Assembly: GCA_045805825.1 (NCBI GenBank)
Contig: JBJMKM010000099.1
Coordinates: forward strand, 882-64,881
DNA length: 64,000 bases
Source of the DNA: Solirubrobacterales bacterium
GTDB taxonomy: Bacteria > Actinomycetota > Thermoleophilia > Solirubrobacterales > 70-9
Direction: 5' to 3'
The stretch's first letter is position 1. Every line of letters begins with the position of its first letter. Both the position numbers and the translations under genes were made by a program. Below, in pieces: positions 16,695 through 25,377 of this stretch. The notes under the pieces are model-generated. The model worked only from the letters and a program-made list of their open reading frames with translations. It was not told the DNA's origin and did not search any database.

Positions 16695-17858
16695 ATGCCT
16701 CGCTCGGCCTCACCGCTTCCGAAATCCGCTGACGTGGTCATCCTAGGGGGTGGCGTGATCGGCACCAGCGCCGCCTTCCACCTGGCTGAGGAAGGCGTCG
16801 GTGTGGCGCTCGTCGAGCGGGCGCAACTCGGGAGCGGCTCCACGAGCCGAGCGGCCGGCGGCGTGCGCACCCAGTTCTCTGACGCGCTGAACGTCGAGAT
16901 TGCCAAGCGCAGCCTGGAGGCGTTCCGCAACTTCGGCCGACGGCCCGGGTGGGAGATCGACCTCAAGCCGGTCGGGTACATGTTCGTCCTCAGCCGTGAG
17001 CCCGACGTCGAGAAGTTCGAGCGCAGCGTCGCGCTTCAGAACGAATACGGACTGGCTTCCCGGATGCTTACGGCCGGCGAAGCTCGCGAGCTATGCCCAC
17101 TGGTGCAGGGGGACGACATCCTCGCCGGTGCGTTCTCACCCGGCGATGGCCATGCAACCCCTGAGGCCGTGGTCCAGGGATACGCATTCGCCGCCCGTGC
17201 CCACGGGGCGGAGATCCGCGTCAACTGCGAGGTACTCGACATCAACATCAGCGGCGCCGAGATCACCGAAGTCGTCACTAGCCACGGCTCGATCCGGACG
17301 AGCACCGTGATCTGCGCCGCCGGCGCCTGGTCACGAAGCTGCGGCGCGATGGTCGGTTTGGATCTGCCGGTCACGCCGTTGCGGCGCCAGATCCTGTTCA
17401 CCGACGGGATGGACGGACTCCCCACCCAGATGCCAATGACGATCGACTTCGAGTCGAGCTTCTACTTTCATCGCGAGGGCCCCGGCCTATTGATCGGGAT
17501 GTCCGATCCACATGAGAAGCCGGGCTTCAGCGTCGAGACAACCGACGACTGGATCCCTGGCCTGATGGAGGTGGTCCGGCGGCGGGCGCCTCGGATCGCC
17601 GACGCCGGTATCCGCGGCGGGTGGGCCGGGCTCTACGAGATGACACGAGACCACAACGCGATCATCGGGGAGGCGACCGGCATCTCTCGCTTCCTCTATG
17701 CGACCGGGTTCTCCGGGCACGGGTTCCTCCAGGCCCCCGCCGTCGGCGAGATCCTCCGCGACCTGGTTTTGCGTCGCCCCCCGTTCGTCGACATAGAACC
17801 GTTGGGCCTGGAGCGCTTCGAGACGTCCGCCCTTCGCCCCGAGTACAACGTTGTATAA
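16695..17858 (+). CDS. FAD-dependent oxidoreductase (DAO family; sarcosine/pipecolate oxidase-like)
   Basis: ATG 16695. ADVVILGGGVIGTSAAFHLAEEGVGVALVER...GSTSRAAGGVR dinucleotide-binding motif; 387 aa. Confidence 0.8.
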   Translation: MPRSASPLPKSADVVILGGGVIGTSAAFHLAEEGVGVALVERAQLGSGSTSRAAGGVRTQFSDALNVEIAKRSLEAFRNFGRRPGWEIDLKPVGYMFVLSREPDVEKFERSVALQNEYGLASRMLTAGEARELCPLVQGDDILAGAFSPGDGHATPEAVVQGYAFAARAHGAEIRVNCEVLDINISGAEITEVVTSHGSIRTSTVICAAGAWSRSCGAMVGLDLPVTPLRRQILFTDGMDGLPTQMPMTIDFESSFYFHREGPGLLIGMSDPHEKPGFSVETTDDWIPGLMEVVRRRAPRIADAGIRGGWAGLYEMTRDHNAIIGEATGISRFLYATGFSGHGFLQAPAVGEILRDLVLRRPPFVDIEPLGLERFETSALRPEYNVV

Positions 17859-17896
17859 GCGACCTTCATCTTCGCCCATAACTCAGGGAGAAACGA

Positions 17897-19453
17897 ATGA
17901 CAACAACCCAGTCCCAGGCCGAGCTGTCCGTCTCATCGACTGACGACCTTCGTTCGCGCGCCCGTGCGGCCCTCGAGAACTGTGGTGTCGATCTTTCCTC
18001 GCCCGGGACCGGGTCGGCCGTGTGCGCCCGCTCGCCGATAACGGGTGAGTCGTTGTTCGATGTACCCGTCGCAGGCCAGGCGGAGGTGGAGGCGGCGATC
18101 GCCGAGACCAATGCTGCCTTTCGCGAGTGGCGTGCCTTGCCCGCGCCCGTCCGGGGTGCGTTTGTGAAGCGTCTGGGCGAGCTGCTGGGCGAACATAAGG
18201 CGGACGTCGCCGAGCTGGTCACGATCGAGGCAGGGAAGGTCCGCTCGGAGTCCCTCGGCGAGGTCCAGGAGGCCATCGACATCTGCGACTTCGCGGTCGG
18301 GCTGTCGCGCCAGCTCGATGGCCGCACGATGCCGTCCGAGCGGCCAGGCCACAGGTTGATGGAGACCTGGCACCCGCTGGGCGTGGTCGGCGTCATCACG
18401 GCGTTCAACTTCCCCTGCGCGGTGTGGGCCTGGAACGCCGCGATCGCCTTCGTCTGCGGGGACACCCTCGTGTGGAAGCCCTCGCCGATGACCCCCCTCA
18501 CCTCGATGGCCTGCTCGGCCTTGGTGGACCGCGCGGCTTCGGAGTGCGGTGCTCCGGCCGGGGTTCAGCGGCTCGTTATCGCCGACGCCAAGGAGGGCCA
18601 GGCGCTGGTGGACAGCCCGGATGTCGCACTCGTGAGCGCGACTGGATCCGAGCGCATGGGAGCGGAGGTCGCACCACGCGTGGCGGCCCGGATGGGCAAA
18701 TTCCTGCTCGAGCTCGGCGGGAACAACGCCGCGATCGTGGCCCCCTCGGCCGACCTCGAGCTCGCCCAGCGGGGAATCGTCTTCGCCGCCGCAGGAACCG
18801 CCGGCCAGCGCTGCACCAGCCTGCGCCGGGTGATCGCACACGACGACATCGACGATGAGCTCGTGGCCGGGCTGCGCGACGTGTTCGGCCGACTCCCGAT
18901 CGGCGACCCGAGCGACGACGCGACGCTGGTCGGCCCGCTCATCAACGAGAAGGCCTACCAGGGGATGGTCGCGGCCCTCGAGGAGGCGCAGTCCGACGGC
19001 GGGGAGCTGATCGTGGGCGGCGGTCGGCGTGAGGTCGCGGGATACCCGGATGCCTACTACGTCGAGCCCGCGATCGTCCGCATGCCCGGCCAGACCGAGC
19101 TGGTTCGTCGCGAGACCTTCGCCCCGGTCCTCTACGTCATGACCTACAAGGACCTCGAGGACGCGATCGCGCTCCACAACGGCGTTCCCCAGGGCCTGTC
19201 GTCCAGCATCTTCACCGGCGATCAGCGAGAGGCCGAGCGGTTCCTTTCCTCGGAGGGCTCCGACTGCGGCATCGTCAACGTGAACATCGGGACGTCCGGC
19301 GCCGAGATCGGCGGCGCGTTCGGCGGCGAGAAGTCGACCGGCGGAGGCCGCGAGTCCGGCTCGGATGCCTGGCGTGCATACATGCGCCGGGCGACCAACA
19401 CCATCAACTACTCAGACGAGCTTCCGCTGGCCCAGGGCGTCGAGTTTGGGTGA
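17897..19453 (+). CDS. Aldehyde dehydrogenase, ALDH7 / piperideine-6-carboxylate (aminoadipate-semialdehyde) dehydrogenase-like
   Basis: GVVGVITAFNFPCAVWAWNAAIAFVCGDTLVWKPS and ELGGNNAAIV...GQRCTSLRR (catalytic Glu and Cys). The FNFP.AVW.WN motif is typical of the ALDH7 clade. Confidence 0.8.
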   Translation: MTTTQSQAELSVSSTDDLRSRARAALENCGVDLSSPGTGSAVCARSPITGESLFDVPVAGQAEVEAAIAETNAAFREWRALPAPVRGAFVKRLGELLGEHKADVAELVTIEAGKVRSESLGEVQEAIDICDFAVGLSRQLDGRTMPSERPGHRLMETWHPLGVVGVITAFNFPCAVWAWNAAIAFVCGDTLVWKPSPMTPLTSMACSALVDRAASECGAPAGVQRLVIADAKEGQALVDSPDVALVSATGSERMGAEVAPRVAARMGKFLLELGGNNAAIVAPSADLELAQRGIVFAAAGTAGQRCTSLRRVIAHDDIDDELVAGLRDVFGRLPIGDPSDDATLVGPLINEKAYQGMVAALEEAQSDGGELIVGGGRREVAGYPDAYYVEPAIVRMPGQTELVRRETFAPVLYVMTYKDLEDAIALHNGVPQGLSSSIFTGDQREAERFLSSEGSDCGIVNVNIGTSGAEIGGAFGGEKSTGGGRESGSDAWRAYMRRATNTINYSDELPLAQGVEFG

Positions 19454-19496
19454 GCTTCGTGCCCTCTTACTGATGCGCGGGGGATAGAGGGCGGTT

Positions 19497-21752
19497 GTGA
19501 CCGCGACCGACACACCGGAACAAGCGCTCGAGCGTCACTTCCGCGAGCGCGTGACAGCGCTCAGCAGCGGGGCTCGCAGCTTGGAGCTCGATCAGCCAAT
19601 CCGCGAGGGCACCCGGCTGACCGCACGCATGGCCGTCGCATTGTTCGACGCGATGGTGGCCAGCAGGAATCTCGACCTGGCCGCGCGCTATCTGCGGAAG
19701 GAGGGTCCCGGGGTCTACACGATCGGATCCGCGGGCCACGAGTCAAACGCCGCGATCGCGGCGGCGCTCAGACCCACGGATCCAGCGCTCCTTCACTACC
19801 GATCGGGCGGGTTCTACTGCGCGCGGGCGCAGCAGGTCCCCGGCTCCACCCCATTACGGGACATCATCCTCGGCCTGGTCGCAGCCGCGGATGAGCCGAT
19901 TTCCGGCGGACGACACAAGGTGTTCGGCAACCACGCGCTCGCGGTGATCCCTCAGACCTCGACGATTGCGTCTCATATGCCCCGCGCGATGGGAGTTGGG
20001 TTCGCGATCGAGCGCGCAGAGCGGATCGGTGTCAGCTCCGCGTGGCCGGCGGAGGCGATCGTGATCTGCTCATTCGGAGATGCTTCGCTCAACCACTCGA
20101 CTGCCCTGGGAGCGTTGAACGCCGCGGAGTACACCGTGCACCGCGGGCTGCGGATGCCGGTGCTGTTCTGCTGCGAGGACAACGGCCTCGGCATCAGCGT
20201 CCGCACGCCTCGCGATTGGGTGAAGGAAGCTTGGTCGAATCGGCCACATCTGCGCTATTTCAGCGCCGAGGGAACCGACATCGCAGGCGCCTATGACGCG
20301 GCTCTGGCGGCAGCCGAATACGTGCGCAGCTCGCGCCGCCCCGCGTTTCTGCACTTGCGGTGCGTTCGCTTCCTTGGTCATGCGGGCTCCGACGCCGAGA
20401 TCGGCTATCGCAGCCGTGGAGAGATCGGCGAGGACCTGGAGCGCGATCCCCTCGTCCACGCCGCGCGCCTGCTCGCGTCGGCCGGGATCGCCGAGGCCAG
20501 CGAGCTGCTCGCCAAATACGATGCATCTGCAGCGGACGTGCGGCGCCTGGCGGACGACGCCACCAGTCAACGGCGGCTTTCGAGCACATCGGAGGTGATG
20601 GGGCCGATCGCTCGACGACGGCCGGAAGCCGTCGCCTCGGACCTGAGCCGGGCGGCGAGCCCGGACGCGAGGGCGAATGCGTTCGCAGGAAAGCTTCCGG
20701 AGGAAGCAGGCCCACTGACACTGGCCGAGTCGATCAACGCGACGTTGACCGATGCACTTGCAGTCCGGCCGGAAGTACTGGTGTTCGGTGAGGACGTCGG
20801 TCGTAAGGGCGGTGTCTACGGGGTTACCCGTGGACTGCAGCGCCGTTTCGGCACCACTCGCGTGTTCGACACGCTTCTCGACGAGCAGACGATCCTCGGT
20901 GTCGCGCTCGGTTGCGGCGTCTCCGGCCTGCTTCCGGTTCCCGAGATCCAGTACCTGGCTTACCTGCACAATGCCGAGGATCAGCTTCGAGGCGAGGCCG
21001 CGACCTTGCCGTTCTTCTCGAATGGCCAATACCACAACCCGATGGTGCTGCGGCTCGCCGGATACGGCTACCAAAAGGGCTTCGGCGGCCATTTCCACAA
21101 CGACGACGCCGTGGCCACCCTCCGAGACATACCCGGGATCGTGGTTGCGTCTCCAGCGCGACCGGACGACGCGGCGGCCATGCTCCGAACCTGCCTCGCG
21201 TCCGCGTCCGTTGACGGATCGACGTGCGTCTTCTTGGAGCCGATCGCGCTCTACCACACCCGCGATCTGCATAGGCCGGGTGATGGTGGCTGGGTCGCGC
21301 CGTACCCAGTACCGAGCGAATGGTCGGCCGCTCACGCTCCAATTGCCTCGGCACGAGTACACGGTGACGGCAACGACCTGACAATCGTCACATTCGCGAA
21401 CGGCACGTACATGTCGCTGCGCGTCGCGCAGCGACTCGCCGACGATGGGATCGATGTGCGAGTGGTGGACCTACGCTGGCTTGTCCCACTGCCGGTTGCC
21501 GACATCCTCCGAGAGGCCGAAGCGACCGGACGCGTGCTGATAGTGGATGAGACGCGCCGGAGCGGCGGGGTCTCCGAGGGCGTCGTGGGCGCGCTCATCG
21601 ACGCGAACTTCGAGGGGGCGATCTCGCGGGTGACGAGCCAGGACTCTTTTGTTCCATTGGGGGGAGCCGCTGACCACGTCTTGCTGCAAGAAGCGGAGAT
21701 CGATGCGGCCGCGCGTGCGCTCGTAGGTAGCTACTCATCCCGCTCCCGCTAG
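19497..21752 (+). CDS. Thiamine-diphosphate-dependent 2-oxoacid dehydrogenase E1 component, fused alpha-beta
   Basis: 751 aa. The N-terminal half has an E1-alpha-like TPP region (ICSFGDASLNHSTALGALNAAE...PVLFCCEDNGLGIS). The C-terminal half is E1-beta/transketolase-like (VLVFGEDVGRKGGVYGVT..L...FG..RVFDT.L.EQ). Confidence 0.75.
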   Translation: MTATDTPEQALERHFRERVTALSSGARSLELDQPIREGTRLTARMAVALFDAMVASRNLDLAARYLRKEGPGVYTIGSAGHESNAAIAAALRPTDPALLHYRSGGFYCARAQQVPGSTPLRDIILGLVAAADEPISGGRHKVFGNHALAVIPQTSTIASHMPRAMGVGFAIERAERIGVSSAWPAEAIVICSFGDASLNHSTALGALNAAEYTVHRGLRMPVLFCCEDNGLGISVRTPRDWVKEAWSNRPHLRYFSAEGTDIAGAYDAALAAAEYVRSSRRPAFLHLRCVRFLGHAGSDAEIGYRSRGEIGEDLERDPLVHAARLLASAGIAEASELLAKYDASAADVRRLADDATSQRRLSSTSEVMGPIARRRPEAVASDLSRAASPDARANAFAGKLPEEAGPLTLAESINATLTDALAVRPEVLVFGEDVGRKGGVYGVTRGLQRRFGTTRVFDTLLDEQTILGVALGCGVSGLLPVPEIQYLAYLHNAEDQLRGEAATLPFFSNGQYHNPMVLRLAGYGYQKGFGGHFHNDDAVATLRDIPGIVVASPARPDDAAAMLRTCLASASVDGSTCVFLEPIALYHTRDLHRPGDGGWVAPYPVPSEWSAAHAPIASARVHGDGNDLTIVTFANGTYMSLRVAQRLADDGIDVRVVDLRWLVPLPVADILREAEATGRVLIVDETRRSGGVSEGVVGALIDANFEGAISRVTSQDSFVPLGGAADHVLLQEAEIDAAARALVGSYSSRSR

Positions 21753-21782
21753 ACCGGCGTTTCACCGGAACAGCCCGAGCGC

Positions 21783-22916
21783 TCAGGCGACTGGCATCAG
21801 CGGAATGTCGTCGTGCATCTCCGCGCGCGGCTCGCGCGCCAGCATCTGCCCTGCCTTGGTAGCGAGGAAGGCATCGAGGGACACATCCTCCTGGCAGACG
21901 AAGCCCGCGTCCGGCAGCGAGCCCTCGGCAAGCAACTCAAGCATCCCGACCGCCCCTGCGGCCGTCGTCCACGCGATCGCGGTCCGGGCGGCGCCCGCGA
22001 CGGTCCGCGGACGGTAGACGCGGACGAACTCCTCGCGGGCGGAGCGTCCTCCCTCGTTTCCCTCGGCCGCCGCGTAGACGATCACCAGATCGTCCCGGAC
22101 TGGAGGGTAGGCGTCCGCGAGAAGCCGCACGGCCGCCGCTCGCTGCCGGCTGAGGCCGAGCTCCTGCAGCATGAACCGCATCAGCTGCCGGTGACCGGGA
22201 TACCGGATCGTCTTGTAGTCGAGCCGGTCGACACGTCCGGCGAACGTTTCGCACATCGTCCCGAGGCCGCCGGAGGTGGTGAACGCCTCGTAGCGCGCGC
22301 CGTCGATCACGATCGTCTCCAGGTCATCGAGCGACGGCACGGTCACGAGCTCCCCTCCACGCAGCTGCTCGCAGTCGTTCAGATACTCGTTGACGATCCC
22401 GGCAGGAGACCAGTTGCACGCATAGCCCAGTGCATTGTTCGGGCTGCGCGGAAGGGCGCCGACGCGCAGCTCAATCCGATCAACGGTCTCAAGGCTGCCC
22501 ACAAACGCACCGCCAACCACGCAGATGAAGCCTGGGGCGAGACCGCAGCCCGGCATGAGGATCGTGTTCGAGCTCCGCGCGAGCTCCTTTACAAGGCGCG
22601 AGGTGGCGACGTCTTCTGTGAGATCCAGGTAGTGCACCCCGGCGGAATGCGCCGCCGTGGCAATCACGGCGTTCAGGTAGTAGGGCAGGCATGAGACGAC
22701 CGCGTCGATGCCTGCGAACAGTTCTTCGAGCGCAGCAGGATCACTGACATCCATAACGGACGCGCGCTCACCGGCCACCCTGCTCTCGTCGACGTCGACT
22801 TCCCACACCTCGAATCCGCGCTCGACAAGCATGTCGGCGATCAGCCGTCCGACATTGCCAAGACCGACGACTGCGACCCGCTCGACACGAGAATGGGGGG
22901 CGTATGGCGAATCCAT
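21783..22916 (-). CDS. Saccharopine dehydrogenase family protein (possibly lysine 6-dehydrogenase-like)
   Basis: VAVVGLGNVGRLIADMLVERGFEV Rossmann motif, ...VVSCLPYYLN..IA.AA...G.HYLDLTED, ...MPGCGLAPGF. Substrate specificity cannot be read from the sequence. Confidence 0.7.
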   Translation of the reverse strand: MDSPYAPHSRVERVAVVGLGNVGRLIADMLVERGFEVWEVDVDESRVAGERASVMDVSDPAALEELFAGIDAVVSCLPYYLNAVIATAAHSAGVHYLDLTEDVATSRLVKELARSSNTILMPGCGLAPGFICVVGGAFVGSLETVDRIELRVGALPRSPNNALGYACNWSPAGIVNEYLNDCEQLRGGELVTVPSLDDLETIVIDGARYEAFTTSGGLGTMCETFAGRVDRLDYKTIRYPGHRQLMRFMLQELGLSRQRAAAVRLLADAYPPVRDDLVIVYAAAEGNEGGRSAREEFVRVYRPRTVAGAARTAIAWTTAAGAVGMLELLAEGSLPDAGFVCQEDVSLDAFLATKAGQMLAREPRAEMHDDIPLMPVA

Positions 22917-22990
22917 GCCTCGGAGTGACTTCTAGCACTGCGCACGTCGACCCGCGTCCCGGCGCCAAGCGATCTGTGAGAACGGGGGAG

Positions 22991-24160
22991 CTAGCCCAGG
23001 TGCTCGCGCATGCGCCCGACCGCCTCGGTGATGCGCTCATCAGGTGTCGTCAGCGAGATCCGGAAGAAGCCTTCGCCCGACGGCCCATACATCGAGCCCG
23101 GTGAGATCACCACTGCCGCCTCCTCCAGGACCAGCTCCGCGAACGAGGTCGAGGTGTGGCCCTCGGGCACCGGCGCCCAGACGTAGATCGTGCCCTTGCG
23201 CTTCTCCACGCCGACGCCGATCTCACGCAGGGCGCGCACCACCAGGTCCCGGCGCCGCGCGTAGATCTCGTTCATCTCAACGATCCGCTCGCGCGGGCCC
23301 TCGAGCGCCGCCGCGCCGGCGAGCTGCACGGCCTCGAATAGGCCCGAGTCGACGTTGGTCTTCAGCCGCCAGTAGGAGGAGACGGCGTCTGCGTTCCCCA
23401 GGATGGCGGCGCAGCGCCAGCCGGTCATGTTGAAGCCCTTCGAGAGCGAGAACACCTCCACCCCCACCTCCTTGGCGCCCGGCGTGGCGAGGAAGCTCGG
23501 CGCGACGTATCCGTCGTAGGTGGTCTCCGAGTAGGCGTTGTCGTGGACGACGAGGATCTGATGCTCCCGCGCCAGCTCGACGACCTGCTCGAAGAACCCG
23601 TCGGGAACGACGGCGCCGGTCGGGTTGTTCGGGTAGTTGATGAAGATCAGCCGGGCGCGCTCGAGCGAGTCGGCGTCGAGCTTGTCCAGATCGGGCGCGA
23701 AGCCCAGATCGGGCTCCAGCGGCAGCAGGACCGAGCCGGCTCCGGCCAGCAGCGGTCCACCCGTGTATGGGGGGTACCCGGGGTCGGACGCCAGCGCGAG
23801 GTCGCCCGGGTCGAGGAAGGCGAAGCAGAGGTTGTATATGCACTCCTTGGCGCCAATCGCCGGAATCACCTCCGAGTCCAGGTCGATCTCGACTGCGAAT
23901 CGGCGGCGATAGAAGTCGCCCAGGGATGCCCTGAACTCCTCGCGCCCCCGGTTAGACGGGTAGGTGTGGGTGCTGGGGTCGGCGACGGCAGCCTGCATCG
24001 CCTCGACGACGTGCGGGAACGTCGGGTAGTCGGGGTCGCCGATCCCAAGGTTGATCACGTCGATGCCCGCGGCGCGCTTATCCGCCACCTGCTTCTGGAG
24101 CTCGGCGAACTTGTACGGCGGGATCGCGCCGAGCCGCTTGGCGGGATGCGTGAGAGCCAT
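22991..24160 (-). CDS. Class I/II aminotransferase, LL-diaminopimelate aminotransferase (DapL)-like
   Basis: IPPYKFAEL....K.AAGIDVINLGIGDPD.PT...NYPNNPTGAV...SLSKGFNMTGWR (PLP Lys). I prefer ATG 24160 because the track start 24208 would run into the tRNA terminator hairpin. Confidence 0.8.
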   Translation of the reverse strand: MALTHPAKRLGAIPPYKFAELQKQVADKRAAGIDVINLGIGDPDYPTFPHVVEAMQAAVADPSTHTYPSNRGREEFRASLGDFYRRRFAVEIDLDSEVIPAIGAKECIYNLCFAFLDPGDLALASDPGYPPYTGGPLLAGAGSVLLPLEPDLGFAPDLDKLDADSLERARLIFINYPNNPTGAVVPDGFFEQVVELAREHQILVVHDNAYSETTYDGYVAPSFLATPGAKEVGVEVFSLSKGFNMTGWRCAAILGNADAVSSYWRLKTNVDSGLFEAVQLAGAAALEGPRERIVEMNEIYARRRDLVVRALREIGVGVEKRKGTIYVWAPVPEGHTSTSFAELVLEEAAVVISPGSMYGPSGEGFFRISLTTPDERITEAVGRMREHLG

Positions 24161-24210
24161 CGGGCAGGTCAGGCTATCGACGGTGCCTTGGAACCATCCC
24201 GTAGCCAACT

Positions 24211-24246
24211 TGAGAAAGCGAAAGGCCCACCGAAGCGGGCCTTTCG
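24211..24246 (-). terminator. Intrinsic terminator after tRNA-fMet
   Basis: 10-bp stem CGAAAGGCCC/GGGCCTTTCG (24219-24228 / 24237-24246) with an 8-nt loop, followed on the minus strand by CTTTCTC. Confidence 0.6.
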
Positions 24247-24250
24247 TGAG

Positions 24251-24324
24251 TAGCGGGGGCAGGATTTGAACCTGCGACCTCCGGGTTATGAGCCCGGCGA
24301 GCTACCTGACTGCTCCACCCCGCG
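24251..24324 (-). tRNA. Initiator tRNA-Met (anticodon CAT)
   Basis: Sense CGCGGGGTGGAGCAGTCAGGTAGCTCGCCGGGCTCATAACCCGGAGGTCGCAGGTTCAAATCCTGCCCCCGCTA is near-colinear with E. coli tRNA-fMet. It has the unpaired C1:U72 end and three G-C pairs closing the anticodon stem. CCA is not encoded. Confidence 0.9.
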
Positions 24325-24417
24325 GCGGACAGCGGATTTTAGCGGCGATTGCCTGACGGGCGGCAGATTTTCCACCGTATAGGTGGATTTGAGACCATCG
24401 GCGCGTCGCCCGCGGGC

Positions 24418-25293
24418 TCAGCCCGAGGGCGCCTGGAAGTTCAGCTCGCCCTTGACGTGGGGCTGGAGCACCTGTGTGAAGCTCTTCACGTCCTCCTGAT
24501 ATTGCGCCGGGCAGCTCTGGATGTCGCCCTTGGGGAGGATGCCCGCCTGGTTGATCTCGTCGTAGCGCTCCTGGTTGGAGCCGGCGATATCGCAGATGAT
24601 GCTGTAGGCGCGCTGGAGATCGAGTGAGTGCGCGTCGGCGTAGTCGGCGATCGCGGGCGGGTTCTGGCGTCCTGAGAAGTCGGCCCAGAACTCGGCGGCG
24701 CCGAGCGCCAGCTTGTCGCCCTGCGGCGACTTCAAGAGGAGCAGCGTCGCGAGGGTGTCGGCGGCGTCCTCCTCCTTGCCCAGCACCGGCAGGTCGTAGA
24801 TGTGGATGAGCGCGTGGGTGAACTCGTGCTCGAGGATGAAGCCGATTACGGCGCCCGTTGCGAACCCGAGCTTGTGCTGACTCCAGTCGGGGTTGTTCTG
24901 CTGGAGCGTGTCGTAGATGAGCGCCGCGAACCCGTACTGGAACGTGATCGTGTCGTTGGACGGGTCGTAGTGCGGGCCGCCGTCCAGCCCGTTGACCGCC
25001 TCCAGCGTGATGTGCTTCGGGATCTCGAAGGTGGTCCCCAGGATGTTCGCGAGGTTCCCGATATCGACCGCCTTGAGGAAGGTCTCGCCGACCGCGTCGT
25101 CCTTTCCGCTGGGCTTCGCGTAGCTGGTGCTGATGTTCTCGGCGAGGGCGCCCTGCTCGCCCGAGGCGCCGGACGCCCCGCTCGCCCCGGTCGAGCTCGA
25201 GCTTCCGCCGCCACACGCAGCGATCGCGAAGGCGGCCAGAGCCACCGCCGCGGCCAGAGCGAGGCGCAGCGGGATTGCCCTGGCGGCGCTCAC
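24418..25293 (-). CDS. Lipoprotein, putative zinc metallopeptidase (DUF4344-like)
   Basis: Lipobox AFAIAAC followed by a Gly/Ser linker, then HExxH (ILEHEFTHALIH). I remember the overall layout as DUF4344. Confidence 0.6.
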   Translation of the reverse strand: MSAARAIPLRLALAAAVALAAFAIAACGGGSSSSTGASGASGASGEQGALAENISTSYAKPSGKDDAVGETFLKAVDIGNLANILGTTFEIPKHITLEAVNGLDGGPHYDPSNDTITFQYGFAALIYDTLQQNNPDWSQHKLGFATGAVIGFILEHEFTHALIHIYDLPVLGKEEDAADTLATLLLLKSPQGDKLALGAAEFWADFSGRQNPPAIADYADAHSLDLQRAYSIICDIAGSNQERYDEINQAGILPKGDIQSCPAQYQEDVKSFTQVLQPHVKGELNFQAPSG

Positions 25294-25377
25294 GATGGCG
25301 CGAACCTACCATCGGCAACCGACGCTTCCGCCGCGAGTGAGCCGGCGCTGTACCCGTACCACTAGGCTGCGCCGCCC

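Noticed and set aside
22991-24250. Looked for an integrase or recombinase next to the intact tRNA-fMet, as expected for an active integrative element.
   Set aside because: The adjacent gene is a clear class I aminotransferase. No tyrosine or serine recombinase motifs appear in any frame between 16.2 and 24.3 kb, so an active mobile element is not supported.
24302-25318. 338-aa ORF overlapping the DUF4344-like lipoprotein gene in another frame on the same strand.
   Set aside because: Its translation is an Arg/Gly/Pro-rich frame artefact. The 24418..25293 frame has a lipobox, an HExxH motif and normal composition.
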